The notes: generated from the sequence alone by a model not told the origin. A stretch of DNA of 42,039 nt from an uncultured Eubacteriales bacterium (GCA_900318045.1 ONJE01000002.1:1-42039), one strand, 5' to 3'. Positions 26,195 through 34,099 are shown, numbered from the stretch's first letter. Numbers and translations: made by a program.

Positions 26195-26858
26195 CTCCCC
26201 ACTTGGTGAAGATGTATTCTGGCTGGCTGGGCACCTTTTCGATCTTCTCGCGCAGGCGGCGGATGTGCACATCCACGGTGCGAAGATCGCCCAAATAATC
26301 GTATTTCCAAATCGTCTCCAGCAGGTTTTCCCGGGAGAAGACCTTGCCCCGGTTGGTGACAAACAGGTGCAGGAGGTCGAATTCCTTGGCCGTCAGGTTG
26401 ACCTCGCGGCCGCCGACGGTGACAGAGCGATTGTTCACGTTCAGCTGCATGTCCCGCACCGTGATCACCCGCTGGCCGCTCTCCCGCTGCATCATCGTGG
26501 TACGGCGGAAGATGGTGCGAATGCGGGCCTTGACCTCCAGGATGTTGAAGGGCTTGGTCATGTAGTCGTCCGCGCCGTACTCCAGGCCCAGGATTTTATC
26601 CATGTCGTCGCCTTTGGCGGTGAGCATAATGATGGAGACATTGCTGCGCTCGCGAATGCGCTGGCAGACCTCGATGCCGTCGATCTTGGGCAGCATCACG
26701 TCCAGGAGGACGAGGTCGTAGTGGCCGGCGAAGAACTTGTTCAACGCCTCCTCGCCGTCTGCGGCAGAATCCGTCTCATAGCTGTCCTGCTCGAGAGAAT
26801 ATTTCAATCCTTTTACAATCAGGGGCTCGTCATCGACGATCAGAATCCGCTTGGGCAT
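26166..26858 (-). CDS. OmpR/PhoB-family response regulator
   Basis: Receiver domain (ILIVDDEP, LVLLDVMLP, LTAKGD) and a winged-helix C-terminus (VDVHIRRLREKIE...YIFTKWGVGYYF). AGGAGG lies upstream of ATG 26858. Confidence 0.92.
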   Translation of the reverse strand: MPKRILIVDDEPLIVKGLKYSLEQDSYETDSAADGEEALNKFFAGHYDLVLLDVMLPKIDGIEVCQRIRERSNVSIIMLTAKGDDMDKILGLEYGADDYMTKPFNILEVKARIRTIFRRTTMMQRESGQRVITVRDMQLNVNNRSVTVGGREVNLTAKEFDLLHLFVTNRGKVFSRENLLETIWKYDYLGDLRTVDVHIRRLREKIEKVPSQPEYIFTKWGVGYYFTDKD

Positions 26859-26999
26859 GGTTTATCCTCCTTTAATGCCATTATGACACCGAAATCGGGC
26901 ACTCTGACATCACAAATTCATCAATTTGTTATTATTATAAACGATTCCTGTCATTATTTCAAGTTGTTTTTTTTAAATGTTAGGTTTTTCCTGCGCCGC

Positions 27000-27028
27000 T
27001 GTACAAATACGCCCGTTGGTGATAAGAT
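27000..27028 (+). promoter_or_regulatory. candidate promoter of first DD-carboxypeptidase gene
   Basis: TGTACA 27000-27005, 17-nt spacer, TAAGAT 27023-27028. The CGCTGTACAAA.ACG...GATAAG context recurs upstream of the second paralogue. Confidence 0.35.
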
Positions 27029-27108
27029 AGTATTATTGATGACTGTGCGTAATTGATGTTTTTCCGCGGGTGGTGTTGCGCCGACTGCGGTTTGAGGAGT
27101 ATTGCTGA

Positions 27109-28557
27109 ATGCGATTCGTCAAGCGTTTCCTGGCGGTTGCGCTGGCGGTGTGGCTCTGCTGCGCCGCAATCGGGCCGGCCAGGGCGGAATACGACATGAA
27201 CCAGCCCCAGAATCTGGAGGCCGCTCACCTGTTCGCCGAATCGGCGCTGCTGGTGGACCAGGATACCGGCGAGGTGCTGTTTTCCAAGGATTCAAAGGTC
27301 CGGATGTACCCGGCCAGCACCACAAAGATCATGACGTTGCTGTTGGCGCTGGAGAGCGGCATTGGCCTTGAGGACGAGGTCACCATCCCCGCCGAGGCCG
27401 GCGATGTGCCCGAAGGCAGCTCTGTGGTGCCGGTAAAGCCGGGGGACGTGGTGTCCTTTGCCGACCTGCTGTACGGCTTCATGCTCTCTTCCGGCAACGA
27501 CGGCGCCAACGCCGTGGCGGTGCTGGTGGACGGCAGCATCGAGGCGTTTGTGGAGCACATGAACCGCCGCGCCGGTGAGATTGGCTGCGAAGGCACCCAC
27601 TACGTCAACGCCCACGGGTATCACAACGCCGAGCACTACACAACCGCCCAGGACCTGGCCCTGATTTCGCTGGAGGCGATGCAAAATCCGGACTTTCGCA
27701 GGATCGTCGCCGCGCCGAAGTGGACCATGCAGGTCCAGCGTGATGGCAAGGTTGTGGAGCAGGAGATAATCTCAAGAAATACTTTGCTCCAAAGCGGCGA
27801 AAAGTATTACTATCCCGAATGCACCGGTATCAAGACCGGCCACCACAATAAGGCCGGCTGGTGCTTCGTGGGCTCCGCCGAGCGCGACGGCATGCGGGTA
27901 ATCTGCGTAGTGCTGAAGTGCGCGGAGGAGATGTCCAAGTGGTACGATGCCGCACGCCTCTTTGAATACGGCTTTACCCGGTACGAGCGGGTGACGGGAA
28001 GCATGTTGATCGACGCGGCCTGGAAGCGGCACTATTCGCAGATACAGGCGCAGAACGTCGACCCGGATGACAACCAGGGCGGCAGCCTGGCGCTGAACCT
28101 CTCCATAGGAGCAGGGGAGGAGGCGACCGTGCCCGTCGTCGCCGGCAGTGAAGCCTCGCTGAACGCCGCGGTGGACCGGCTGGTCACCGTGGAATGGGCG
28201 CGGGATGATGTCGCGCCCATCGAAGAAGGCGAATTGATGGGAACCCTGACCTGTACGGTGGACGGCGTGGAGGTAAAGGGAACGCTGACGGCAGCGAGGA
28301 CCGTCGCCGCCAAGCCCGATCCTACGCCGACGAGCCTGCCAGCGCCCACCGAAGCACCCCGGAATCCGGTACCGAATGCCGAATCAGCCCGGCCCGCTCC
28401 ACACAGGGGATCAGGGCTGGTCATATTCGTGGTGCTTCTGTTGGCGCTGTCGGTCTCGGCCATCGCGGTGGTGGCCGCGCTGAAGCGGTCGAAGCGGCGC
28501 AGGCGGCGGCGACGCAGGCCCGCGAACCGACGGCGCGGAACCCAGCGCAGGCCATAG
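27109..28557 (+). CDS. D-alanyl-D-alanine carboxypeptidase (peptidase S11, PBP5-like), paralogue 1
   Basis: Signal peptide, SxxK (PASTTKIMT), SxN (SSGNDGA), KTG (IKTGHH). C-terminal TM helix followed by KRSKRRRRRRRRPANRRRGTQRRP. Confidence 0.9.
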   Translation: MRFVKRFLAVALAVWLCCAAIGPARAEYDMNQPQNLEAAHLFAESALLVDQDTGEVLFSKDSKVRMYPASTTKIMTLLLALESGIGLEDEVTIPAEAGDVPEGSSVVPVKPGDVVSFADLLYGFMLSSGNDGANAVAVLVDGSIEAFVEHMNRRAGEIGCEGTHYVNAHGYHNAEHYTTAQDLALISLEAMQNPDFRRIVAAPKWTMQVQRDGKVVEQEIISRNTLLQSGEKYYYPECTGIKTGHHNKAGWCFVGSAERDGMRVICVVLKCAEEMSKWYDAARLFEYGFTRYERVTGSMLIDAAWKRHYSQIQAQNVDPDDNQGGSLALNLSIGAGEEATVPVVAGSEASLNAAVDRLVTVEWARDDVAPIEEGELMGTLTCTVDGVEVKGTLTAARTVAAKPDPTPTSLPAPTEAPRNPVPNAESARPAPHRGSGLVIFVVLLLALSVSAIAVVAALKRSKRRRRRRRRPANRRRGTQRRP

Positions 28558-28577
28558 GCGCAGGTCAGGCGCGACGC

Positions 28578-28606
28578 TGTACAAAAACGGCGATAAGTGG
28601 TATAAT
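28578..28606 (+). promoter_or_regulatory. candidate promoter (extended -10) of second DD-carboxypeptidase gene
   Basis: TGTACA 28578-28583, 17-nt spacer ending in TGg, TATAAT 28601-28606. Confidence 0.45.
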
Positions 28607-28639
28607 TTCCATAATTGATTTCGCTTGAGAGGTAAATCC

Positions 28640-30103
28640 ATGCAACGACGCCCCAAGTGGATTGCGTTTCTGCTGGCTCTGGCCATCGCGCTGCTGTGCG
28701 GTGGGGCGCTGGCGGAAACGCCCGCTGATTACAATACAAAAGTGCCGCAGATGCTGCGGGAGGGACACCTGTATGCCGATTCGGCTATATTGGTGGATGC
28801 CACCAGCGGTGATGTGCTGTTTTCAAAAAACGCAAGGGCGCGGATGTACCCCGCCTCTACAACAAAGGTGATGACGCTGCTGTTGGCCCTGGAGAGCGGC
28901 ATCGCTATGGATACTACCATCGTCATTCCGCAAGCCGCCGCCGAAATCCCGGCGGACAGCTCGCTGATTCCCGTGTTTCCGGGAGATATGATGACATTCC
29001 GGGATCTGCTGTACGGCTTCATGCTCACTTCGGGCAACGACGGCGCGAATGCCATTGCGGTGCTGGTGAGCGGCAACGTGGAGGCCTTTGTCGAGAAGAT
29101 GAACCGGCGGGCGAAGGAACTGGGTTGCGAAGACACCCACTTCGCCAATCCCCACGGCTACCATGATCCACAGCACTATTCCACCGCCCTTGACCTGGCC
29201 CGCATCGCCAGCGAGGGCGTCAAGCTGGACGCCTTCCGGCGAATCTCTTCCGCGCCAAACTACGTCATGAACCTCCAGCGGGGCAACAAGGCAATGGAGC
29301 AGCGGGTTGTCAACACCAATTCACTGCTCAAGAGCGACAACACCTACTATTACCCCGATTGCATTGGCATCAAGACCGGCTATCACAGCATGGCGGGCCA
29401 GTGCTTCGTAGGCGCGGCGGAGCGCGATGGTGTGCGGTTGGTGACCGTGGACCTGCACAGCATGGGCTCGGTGGACAAGTGGGTGGATACCATACGGATG
29501 TTCAACTACGGCTTTACCCGCTACACCGGTTACACGATGGAGCAGATGTTCAACTTTGCCGGCAGCAAGATCGCCACGCTGCGCGTTTCCAACGCCATCG
29601 CCAGTGACCCCTATGAGGGCATGTTGAACTTGAAGATCGCCCAAATCAGCGACCCGGAATACGTGCGCATGGTGGAAAACGACAACGAAGCGGCCATGGA
29701 CGAGGCCATCAACGACTTCGTCACCCGATGCGAGCTGACCGTTACCTCGGACATGGTCGCGCCCATCTCCAAGGGCGAGATCATCGGCAGGCTGAAGTAC
29801 CTGGACCAGTCCGGCAAGCAGATCACGGCGTTGCTGGTGGCCGACCGGACCATCCAGGAACAGCCGCCCAGGATAGAGCTGACCGACATCATCCCTGCAC
29901 TGCGCTATTTCGAAAACCCGCTGGTGGTGCTGCTGGCAGCAGTGTTGATCCTGCTGATTATATTGCTGGTGGTGGCAGGTATCGTCCGTGGCGCGCGCAA
30001 GGATCGCCAACGCAAGAAGATCTACGAGGCCAAGCGCCTGGAGTACATGCGACGCATGAGTGCCCAGCGCAGGCGCGACGCCAAAAAGCGACGCAGGCGG
30101 TAG
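28640..30103 (+). CDS. D-alanyl-D-alanine carboxypeptidase (peptidase S11, PBP5-like), paralogue 2
   Basis: PASTTKVMT, TSGNDGA, IKTGYH. C-terminal TM helix plus a basic tail ending in RRRDAKKRRRR. ATG 28640 lies behind GAGAGG (TTG 28625 is an alternative). Confidence 0.9.
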   Translation: MQRRPKWIAFLLALAIALLCGGALAETPADYNTKVPQMLREGHLYADSAILVDATSGDVLFSKNARARMYPASTTKVMTLLLALESGIAMDTTIVIPQAAAEIPADSSLIPVFPGDMMTFRDLLYGFMLTSGNDGANAIAVLVSGNVEAFVEKMNRRAKELGCEDTHFANPHGYHDPQHYSTALDLARIASEGVKLDAFRRISSAPNYVMNLQRGNKAMEQRVVNTNSLLKSDNTYYYPDCIGIKTGYHSMAGQCFVGAAERDGVRLVTVDLHSMGSVDKWVDTIRMFNYGFTRYTGYTMEQMFNFAGSKIATLRVSNAIASDPYEGMLNLKIAQISDPEYVRMVENDNEAAMDEAINDFVTRCELTVTSDMVAPISKGEIIGRLKYLDQSGKQITALLVADRTIQEQPPRIELTDIIPALRYFENPLVVLLAAVLILLIILLVVAGIVRGARKDRQRKKIYEAKRLEYMRRMSAQRRRDAKKRRRR

Positions 30104-30135
30104 TTCCTGAAGAATTTCCTGAAAATGTATATTTG

Positions 30136-30172
30136 CCCCCTTCACACCCGATAATAGGGCTTGTGAGGGGGG
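30136..30172 (+). terminator. hairpin after paralogue 2 that includes the SD of the M23 gene
   Basis: CCCCCTTCACA (30136-30146) pairs with TGTGAGGGGGG (30162-30172), with an inner CCC/GGG. Followed by TTATAT and ATG 30180. Confidence 0.4.
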
Positions 30173-30179
30173 TTATATC

Positions 30180-30869
30180 ATGGATGCTATAAAAAGACGT
30201 TTGATGGGTGCCGGCCATTGCCTCGTCAAAGGGTGGAACAGGCTGGTTGCCTTCGCAGACGGCATCGCACGTTCAAGGGAGAAGCGGATGCGGCTGGGCT
30301 ACTACGCCGGCCTCGTAGTGCTGTTGGCGCTGCTGGGGCTCGGCTCCCACGCCTGGAGGATGAGGGGCGAATCCCGCGGCGACGAACAAGCGTACCCGCC
30401 CCGGGCGGCGATGTCGGTGCAAATGCCGACGCTCGCGCCCGTTCCGGCGATGACGCCCGAACCGGTGGTTTGGACGTGGCCGTTGGAGGGCGAGGTCGTG
30501 GCGGGATATTCCCCGGATGTACCGGTGTGGTCGGAAACCCTGGGCCAGTGGCAGACCCACCCAGGCCTGGACATCAGCGGTTCCCCTGGGGAGGCGGTAT
30601 ACGCTTGCCGGGATGGCGTGGTGTCGGAGGTGTGCAGCGACCGGCTGTGGGGGAATGTGGTGGTTATCGAGCACGACGATGGTTACCGTTCCACTTACGC
30701 AGGCATGAACACCCTGGAGATGGCAAAGGAGGGTGACGTCGTAAAGCAGGGCCAGGTGATCGGCTCGGTGGGCCAGTCCGCCGACTGCGAGGCGGAGCGA
30801 GGCTGGCACATCCATTTTGAGTTGACGAAGGATGGGGTACCGGTGGACTTCGGGCTGCTGGTATCCTGA
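30180..30869 (+). CDS. M23 (LytM) family metallopeptidase with N-terminal membrane anchor
   Basis: TM segment YYAGLVVLLALLGLG. HxxxD motif HPGLDISG and HxH motif WHIHFEL. Confidence 0.85.
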   Translation: MDAIKRRLMGAGHCLVKGWNRLVAFADGIARSREKRMRLGYYAGLVVLLALLGLGSHAWRMRGESRGDEQAYPPRAAMSVQMPTLAPVPAMTPEPVVWTWPLEGEVVAGYSPDVPVWSETLGQWQTHPGLDISGSPGEAVYACRDGVVSEVCSDRLWGNVVVIEHDDGYRSTYAGMNTLEMAKEGDVVKQGQVIGSVGQSADCEAERGWHIHFELTKDGVPVDFGLLVS

Positions 30870-30934
30870 ACGCTTGCAAGCGTGGCGGATTTGCGGTATA
30901 ATGGATCCAACATCGAAAAAACGGGGGGATTCCC

Positions 30935-31234
30935 ATGCCGAGACTGTGGGCGAAGATCATCAAAAAGCATCGCATTGAGAAGCAGGCCACCGCAGTGTGC
31001 GCATGGGGTGAGTCGGAGGAGGCGCTGACAGAGCTGTGCCACGAATTCGACATCCCGCGTCCGCTGTGGTTGAACAAGCACTACCGGGAATTCGAGGAAT
31101 TCCGTCGCACCCAGTTCCTGCCGGAGCACTTCATGGAGGAAGTACCCTTCCAGCGCCTTGAGATCGAATTCCTGGAGGACGACGACAGGCCCCGGAAGAG
31201 CAACGACCCGAGGAACCAGTTCGACGGATATTGA
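30935..31234 (+). CDS. small acidic hypothetical protein (99 aa)
   Basis: ORF with GGGGGA 6-7 nt upstream of ATG 30935 and codon usage like its neighbours. No family recognised by eye. Confidence 0.55.
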   Translation: MPRLWAKIIKKHRIEKQATAVCAWGESEEALTELCHEFDIPRPLWLNKHYREFEEFRRTQFLPEHFMEEVPFQRLEIEFLEDDDRPRKSNDPRNQFDGY

Positions 31235-31274
31235 TGAATGGCAAGCTTGCCGAAAGCCGATACAGAAGCGGGAC

Positions 31275-31316
31275 GACCGAGGCCCGGGGGTGGCGAATCC
31301 TCCCCGGGCCTCGGTC
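31275..31316 (+). terminator. GC-rich hairpin after the 99-aa ORF
   Basis: 15-bp stem GACCGAGGCCCGGGG/CCCCGGGCCTCGGTC with a 12-nt loop, followed by TGTT. Confidence 0.55.
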
Positions 31317-31320
31317 TGTT

Positions 31321-31458
31321 AGAGTGTGTTTCTAAATGCCGGGAGATGCAGTTTCGAGGCCATCGGGCTGCATTTCAAGGCGAAAAACCGCAGGCTTACT
31401 GGTTGCAAGTCAAGGGATGGCCCGAAAATGCGCTTCAGGCATTTTAGAAACACACTCT
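31321..31458. repeat. MITE/REP-like intergenic repeat, copy B (138 bp, near-perfect 20-21-bp terminal inverted repeats)
   Basis: AGAGTGTGTTTCTAAATGCC at 31321 and GGCATTTTAGAAACACACTCT ending at 31458. The interior is homologous to copy A in the inverted orientation. Confidence 0.75.
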
Positions 31459-31467
31459 AAGGTTGTT

Positions 31468-33174
31468 TTAGTGGATCGGTTCCTCGACGGCCACGATGCG
31501 TTCCTGGCCGTAAGGCGATTCGTAGGCATCGCCGATGACGCCTTTGAGGTCATCACGGATATAATTGGCCACTACGGCATAGTCAGGTTCTCCGGACTGC
31601 AGGATCACCTTGCCGCCATCGAACATGGTGAAGCCGTTTCCGTGGTTCAGCAGCAGATAATCCACGGCGGCGACCGTGTAGGTTCGATCAAGCGCCAGGG
31701 GTTCGCCGGCGACCATCACGTTCTTGACGCGATATTCGCCTGTCACACCGGCAAAGCCGTTGTCATCGTCCGTCCGGCAGCTGCTCTCGATATAGGTATG
31801 AATTTCAAAGCTGAGGCCGGAAACCTGCAGGAAAGAGGCAAACTCGTGGGGCACATCCTGCACGGCCCACTCCAGCGCGTCCAGGAGCTGCTGACCGGTG
31901 ACCTCACGCACAGAGAGGTGATTGCCAAAAGGATAGACCGAAACCAGGTCGTTCAGTTTGATGTCACCCCGGGGGAGGTTGACGCGAATGCTCGAGCCGC
32001 AGGCGATGGCCACATCCGAGCCGGTTTGAACGCGGAAGGCGTCGGTGACCAGATCGCCCAGGTTGGTCTCCGTTGTGCGAACGATGCGCACGGGCCTTCC
32101 GGCATTGTCCACTGCCGTGGGGTCAAATATCGTCAGCGTCGCCGCGGAGACGCCCACCTTCGTGTTCAGCCATTCACCCAGCGAGGCCAGCGCGCTGTCC
32201 ACAGCCTCGGACATTTCGTTTTGAATGCCCAGCAGCTTCGGCACGGGCACAGGATTGTTCCAGGTGTATAGGCCGGTGTCGATGCTTCCGTCCGCAGCGC
32301 AGATGCGCATCCAGCCGATGCCCTCCAGCTTGGTACCGCAGGCCTGGCGGATGACCTCGCGGCCATCCCGGTTCTTCATGACAACCCTGTCCGTATCGTG
32401 GCTGTGGCCGTCCAGCATGGCGTCGATGCCGACGGTATGCTCAAGCACTTCCGCGTAGGTAAACGGAATCACATAATCCTTGTTGCCCAGATGTCCCAGC
32501 AGGATGACGTAATCCGCGCCTTCCGCACGGGCGTCGTCCACCGCGCTCTGAACCGCGGCATACAGGTCGGCACCGTCGTTGTCCTGCATGAAGCCATAGA
32601 TCAGGCTGCCGTGTTCATTCCGGAAGGTGCTTGGCGTGGCGGTGAACAGCACTTTTGGCGTTGTGACGCCCACAAAAGCCAGCTTCACCCCGTCATATTC
32701 CCGGATCACATAGGACGGAAATATCAGCTTGCCATCCCGGCTGAAGTTGCAGCAGACATAGGGGAAGCTCGCCGTTTCCGACAGGGATAAGAAGCGCTCC
32801 ACACCGTAGTCGAATTCGTGATTGCCAGGTACGGCGATATCATAGCCGATCTGATTCATCAGCTCAATGATCGCCGCGCCCTGGGTCAGAAGGCCAATGG
32901 GCTCGCCCTGTATGGAGTCGCCGTTGTCCACCAGCAGCACATGGCAGCCCTCGCCTTCAAACTGGTCCTTGACGGCCTTCAGCCCCGCGTAGCCGAAGCC
33001 CTGGTCTATGCCGCAATGGACGTCGCTGGTGAACAGCACCACCACATCGCTTTTAAGCCGGGCATCATCCTTCGCCTCCGCGAAGGCCCAGCCTGTTGCC
33101 AGCATCGCCAGCACCACCAGCATGCCGCAGATTCGAAGCAGCATTCCGTCACTCATCCGTTTCACACCATCCAT
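31468..33174 (-). CDS. secreted bifunctional metallophosphatase/5'-nucleotidase (UshA-like)
   Basis: Signal peptide. Metallophosphoesterase motifs SDVHCG, NGDSIQG and GNHEFDYG, plus a C-terminal 5'-nucleotidase domain. AGGAGG abuts ATG 33174, so GTG 33165 (9-nt spacing) may be the true start. Confidence 0.9.
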   Translation of the reverse strand: MDGVKRMSDGMLLRICGMLVVLAMLATGWAFAEAKDDARLKSDVVVLFTSDVHCGIDQGFGYAGLKAVKDQFEGEGCHVLLVDNGDSIQGEPIGLLTQGAAIIELMNQIGYDIAVPGNHEFDYGVERFLSLSETASFPYVCCNFSRDGKLIFPSYVIREYDGVKLAFVGVTTPKVLFTATPSTFRNEHGSLIYGFMQDNDGADLYAAVQSAVDDARAEGADYVILLGHLGNKDYVIPFTYAEVLEHTVGIDAMLDGHSHDTDRVVMKNRDGREVIRQACGTKLEGIGWMRICAADGSIDTGLYTWNNPVPVPKLLGIQNEMSEAVDSALASLGEWLNTKVGVSAATLTIFDPTAVDNAGRPVRIVRTTETNLGDLVTDAFRVQTGSDVAIACGSSIRVNLPRGDIKLNDLVSVYPFGNHLSVREVTGQQLLDALEWAVQDVPHEFASFLQVSGLSFEIHTYIESSCRTDDDNGFAGVTGEYRVKNVMVAGEPLALDRTYTVAAVDYLLLNHGNGFTMFDGGKVILQSGEPDYAVVANYIRDDLKGVIGDAYESPYGQERIVAVEEPIH

Positions 33175-33212
33175 CCTCCTGTTCCTTTATACGCCATTGA
33201 AGCTACAAAGCA

Positions 33213-33242
33213 ATTATATAATAGATGGAATTTTATTGTCAA
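33213..33242 (-). promoter_or_regulatory. sigma-A type promoter for 5'-nucleotidase gene
   Basis: Minus strand reads TTGACA (33242-33237), 18-nt spacer, TATAAT (33218-33213). Confidence 0.5.
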
Positions 33243-33285
33243 TATACCGTTGGTTTCGCTACCGTCCACCCTTGCGCGAGAACCA

Positions 33286-33345
33286 CCGTGCCGGCGAGCA
33301 GTGCTCGCCACGGGCCTGTATGGCGAGCACTGCACGCCGGTACGG
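33286..33345. repeat. 60-nt imperfect palindrome (24-nt arms, 2 mismatches, 12-nt loop)
   Basis: CCGTGCCGGCGAGCAGTGCTCGCC (33286-33309) pairs with GGCGAGCACTGCACGCCGGTACGG (33322-33345). It lies between two divergent promoters. Confidence 0.55.
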
Positions 33346-33420
33346 ATACGAGCCAAACGGCTTGAAAGGTGAATGGTGACGTGATCAGCGTTAAATAATC
33401 GGTTCTCTGTGCGTGGTAAA

Positions 33421-33449
33421 TTGACTATTGCCGGAATATATGCTATAAT
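33421..33449 (+). promoter_or_regulatory. near-consensus extended -10 promoter for T-box leader
   Basis: TTGACT 33421-33426, 17-nt spacer ending in TGc, TATAAT 33444-33449. Confidence 0.65.
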
Positions 33450-33454
33450 CGTTA

Positions 33455-33700
33455 CGCCGATGAGAAAGAGGAGTAGCTCCTGTATTTCCCAAGAGAGGGC
33501 GGTTCGCTGGCTGGAAGGCCGCCCGGAACCCTGGGGAGCGAAGGTCGCTTTGGAGGCGGTCGGGTGAAGAGACGCACAGACGCAGAAGTAGCCCGGCGGG
33601 GCGCGCCCCTTAACGCGCACAGAGGCCGGCAGTTGATGCCGGTGAATAAAGGTGGTACCGCGGAGCATTCCGCCCTTTGTGGGTGATGCTCCGCGTTTTT
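33455..33700 (+). promoter_or_regulatory. T-box leader (tRNA-sensing riboswitch), probable Val (GUC) specifier, with terminator
   Basis: Stem I elements GATGAGAAAGAGGAGTAGCTCC, AGAGAG bulge and GCTGGAA distal loop. Specifier loop GAAGGTCG. T-box sequence AATAAAGGTGGTACCGCG at 33645-33662. Terminator CGCGGAGCAT/ATGCTCCGCG (33659-33695) plus T5. Confidence 0.85.
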
Positions 33701-33725
33701 GCTGCTTATGACGGGAGGGATTGCA

Positions 33726-34016
33726 ATGTCAGGACGCGGCGAGGATCGTGGCGGGGACAGCCCGCGGATGTGGCTTCGCGGCGCGCTGGTGGTGGTCGCC
33801 ATTGCGGCGCTTCTGGGGGCGTTCGGCCTGCAGAGCGGGCTGCAGCGGCCACAGCTGAAGCCGGTCAACCTCGCGGGCATCGCGGTGATGGTCGTCGGAC
33901 TGCTGATCTCGCTCTTCGGCGGCAGGATCGCCCGGAAAAAGCCGGAAGCCCAGCCCTTCGTTCGACTGGGCGGCGTGCTGGTCTGCGGCATCGGCGCAGC
34001 GATGGTATTTATATAG
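33726..34016 (+). CDS. small membrane protein (96 aa, about 3 TM)
   Basis: GGGAGGGA (33713-33720) 5 nt upstream of ATG 33726. High third-position GC like neighbouring genes. Hydrophobic segments ALVVVAIAALLGAFGL, IAVMVVGLLISLF and VLVCGIGAAMVFI. Confidence 0.55.
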   Translation: MSGRGEDRGGDSPRMWLRGALVVVAIAALLGAFGLQSGLQRPQLKPVNLAGIAVMVVGLLISLFGGRIARKKPEAQPFVRLGGVLVCGIGAAMVFI

Positions 34017-34099
34017 TTTGTGATAAACGGACAACAGAGGCGGCGCTTGCGCCGCCACACGGACGAACCGTCAATACAATGTGAGGAGCGTACACAGAG

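Noticed and set aside
30180-30869. Naming the M23 peptidase SpoIIQ.
   Set aside because: The architecture (N-terminal TM plus LytM domain with intact HxxxD/HxH) is compatible with SpoIIQ. It is equally compatible with generic M23 endopeptidases, and there is no supporting synteny.
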